A program made the position numbers and the translations under genes. Source: an uncultured virus (IMG/VR IMGVR_UViG_3300026057_000005) (taxonomy: Duplodnaviria > Heunggongvirae > Uroviricota > Caudoviricetes). From it: a stretch of 64,000 nt of DNA. Under the pieces are notes generated by a model that did no database searches, was not told where the DNA came from, and saw only the letters and a program-made list of their open reading frames with translations. Shown here piece after piece: positions 61,982 through 64,000 of this stretch (its first letter is position 1; every line of letters starts with the position of its first letter). Location of the stretch: the IMG/VR virus record IMGVR_UViG_3300026057_000005; one strand, written 5' to 3'.

Positions 61982-64000
61982 ATGTCGGACTTCCAGATCG
62001 CGCCGCCGGGCGCGCCCGTCGACCTCGGCTCGGCGGATACACTCATCAACCAGAACGGCGGGCCGCCCGTCCCCGCACTGGCGCTCGTCGGAACCGACCA
62101 GAAGACGATCCTCGGCAGCGGATCGCAGTACGACCCGCTCCGCACGAACCCCGACGGGATCCCCGTCACCACCGACAAGACGACGATCGGTGGCGACGGC
62201 ACGATCGCGAGCCCGCTCGCCGTCATCCCACTCGGGCTCTCCGAGCGCGTCCCGGTCCTGACCGATGGCCTGACCGCGGTCGGTGACGGCACCGTCGGAT
62301 CGCCGATCACCGTCATCACGGGCGGCGGCGGCGGCGCCGTCGTCGCCGACAACGTCACGCTGACCGGGTTTGGCACGCCGCTTGTCCCGCTCACGATCAA
62401 GCAGGTCGAGCATGACGGCACGATCGCTGGCGCGGGCACCGTTGCGTCGCCGCTGACGATCCCCGCCGGCGTTGTCCATGTCGCCACGGACGGCACGACC
62501 CTCGAGGGCAACGGGACCTCGGGGACGCCGCTCAAAATCAAGCAGGTCGAACACGACGGCACGCTTGCCGGCGCGGGCACCGTCGACTCGCTGCTCGCCG
62601 TCGTTCCGGCGGCGCTCGCTGGCGACGTCGCGGTCGCCGTCGACGCGAGCTCGATCGCTGGCGACGGCACGTCGGGCACCCCGCTTCATACGGTCGCCGG
62701 CGGTACCGCCGTCGCGACCGATGCGACGATGACGGGTAACGGCACGACTGGATCACCGCTCTCGGTGAGCGGCATCCCGTCGACGGTCAAGACCGACAAC
62801 ACGATGTCGGGCACGGGCTCGATCGGCTCGCCGCTCTCCGTCGTCGCGGTCGGCGCACCAGCGGGCTTCCTCACGCCCGAGCAGTTCGGCGCCGTCGGGA
62901 ACGGCGTCACCGACGATCGCGCCGCGATCCAGGCGATGCTGAACGCCGCCGGCGCGCTCAACGGGCTCGCGAATATTCGGTTCGGTCCCAAGGTGTACAT
63001 CGTCGGGCGCTCGAGCACGAACGCGTTCTGTCTCGACCTGCCCAACGGTAACCTGACGATCGAGGGCGTCCCCGGGCGCTCCACGCTCAAGCAGCCGGCA
63101 GGGCTCCCCAGCACGACGGTCGTGATTCTGCGCATCGATCAGAAGGCGAACGTGATCGTTCGCGGGATGACGTTCGACGGCAATTGGGGCAATCGCGCGA
63201 CCTACGTCGCCGCGGCGTCCAGCGGGCTAACGCTCCCCCAGGCGACGATCAACGTCGCAACCACCGAAGGCTTCGCCACGTCGGGCACGATGACCGTCCA
63301 GAGCAGCACGGGCCCCCAGGTGGTGACGTACACGGGCGTCACGGCGACGAGCTTCACCGGGTGCACCGGAGGGGTCGGAGACATCTTCGGTCCTACCACG
63401 ACGGGGTTCCAGGGCTCGCTCGTGGGATACGTCGACGCGCAGACCGGCATCAACCAGGGCAACCAGACCGGCAATCCCACGAACCACGGGATCATGCTGC
63501 GCGGATCGACCAACGTCACGATCGAGAGTTGCCTGTTCACGAACAACTACGGCGACGGAATCTGGGTGGGCGCGAGCTCGACCGATGCGACGGTGGGGTG
63601 CAAGAACACGAAGATCCTCGGCTGCAACATCGACATGTCGGGACGCAACAGCATCTCGATCGCGCAGCTCGCACAGGACACGTACGTCGAAAAAACGAAC
63701 TGCACGTACATGTTTCAGAACGCGCTCGACATCGAGCCCGGCGGGCAGCCCGTCAAGAACACGATCGTCGAGGACTGTCACCTGGGAATCTGGTGGAACC
63801 CGAGCAACGCCGGGCGTACCGCGAACATCGCGCTCAACATCAAGGGCGGCGAAGATCTCCAGCCGTCGCCGCAGTTCCAGACGCAGAAGGTGCGAATCCG
63901 GGACTGCACGATCACGGGATCGATCAACATCGCCGACGCGACGGACATCATCATCGAGCGCTGCCGGATCGTAATGGACTGGCCGGGCCCGGGCACCGGC
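61982..64000 (+). CDS. spike/depolymerase-like protein: repeat shaft plus pectate-lyase-like beta-helix (partial, runs off the window)
   Basis: Open frame from ATG 61982 to the end; about 11 D.T..G.GT..SPL repeats, then PEQFGAVGNGVTDDRAAIQ and beta-helix rungs; TGGTACGAT 6 nt before ATG. Confidence 0.85.
   Translation, partial: MSDFQIAPPGAPVDLGSADTLINQNGGPPVPALALVGTDQKTILGSGSQYDPLRTNPDGIPVTTDKTTIGGDGTIASPLAVIPLGLSERVPVLTDGLTAVGDGTVGSPITVITGGGGGAVVADNVTLTGFGTPLVPLTIKQVEHDGTIAGAGTVASPLTIPAGVVHVATDGTTLEGNGTSGTPLKIKQVEHDGTLAGAGTVDSLLAVVPAALAGDVAVAVDASSIAGDGTSGTPLHTVAGGTAVATDATMTGNGTTGSPLSVSGIPSTVKTDNTMSGTGSIGSPLSVVAVGAPAGFLTPEQFGAVGNGVTDDRAAIQAMLNAAGALNGLANIRFGPKVYIVGRSSTNAFCLDLPNGNLTIEGVPGRSTLKQPAGLPSTTVVILRIDQKANVIVRGMTFDGNWGNRATYVAAASSGLTLPQATINVATTEGFATSGTMTVQSSTGPQVVTYTGVTATSFTGCTGGVGDIFGPTTTGFQGSLVGYVDAQTGINQGNQTGNPTNHGIMLRGSTNVTIESCLFTNNYGDGIWVGASSTDATVGCKNTKILGCNIDMSGRNSISIAQLAQDTYVEKTNCTYMFQNALDIEPGGQPVKNTIVEDCHLGIWWNPSNAGRTANIALNIKGGEDLQPSPQFQTQKVRIRDCTITGSINIADATDIIIERCRIVMDWPGPGTG

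Noticed and set aside
61661..63996. Listed minus-strand ORFs at the right end
   Set aside because: They are antisense to the open plus-strand spike gene from 61982, which is absent from the ORF track only because it has no stop within the window.
1..64000. Integrated prophage, ICE or IS boundaries
   Set aside because: No integrase, transposase, conjugation genes, att-like repeats or host housekeeping flank were recognised in the window.

Overview
A GC-rich, gene-dense window that reads as part of a large virus or virus-like genome, not a bacterial chromosome. It has about 100 mostly short, translationally coupled ORFs and no housekeeping operons. Recognisable modules: (1) a minus-strand structural block (~7.5-23 kb) with two genes sharing an identical ~125-aa beta-rich (jelly-roll-like) C-terminal domain, a transglutaminase-like Cys-His protein and many membrane-anchored paralogues; (2) a replication block (37.6-45.1 kb) with a degenerate protein-primed-type family B DNA polymerase, a PAPS-reductase-like gene, a sigma70-region-4 protein, a histone-like protein, an SSB-like protein and a Dam-like methylase; (3) truncated RadA, ARC/PAN-like AAA+ ATPase, ThyX, glycosyltransferases, methyltransferases, 2OG-Fe(II) oxygenases, a lytic transglycosylase, DUF3560/LPD29-like proteins and a beta-helix spike running off the right end. 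No terminase, portal, HK97 capsid, tail or integrase gene was recognised, so a tailless, membrane-containing virus is inferred, possibly of a myxobacterial host. The most striking unexplained structure is a dispersed 31-32 nt hairpin element, (TCR)CAGACGA-GGACGCGA-N5-6-TCGCGTCC-GGA, with about 20 copies. Its stem covaries, one copy has a 12-bp flanking direct repeat, several copies lie in-frame inside genes, and inverted pairs bracket single genes. Other signals: a shared K(S/T)xxxLDxEI peptide tag on six unrelated proteins, two aberrant tRNA-like cloverleaves (one with a CUA loop, one with a ~59-nt anticodon insertion), pervasive leaderless promoters and a GTAACGC-N5-GCGTTAC operator. All calls were made by eye from motifs; no database searches were run.
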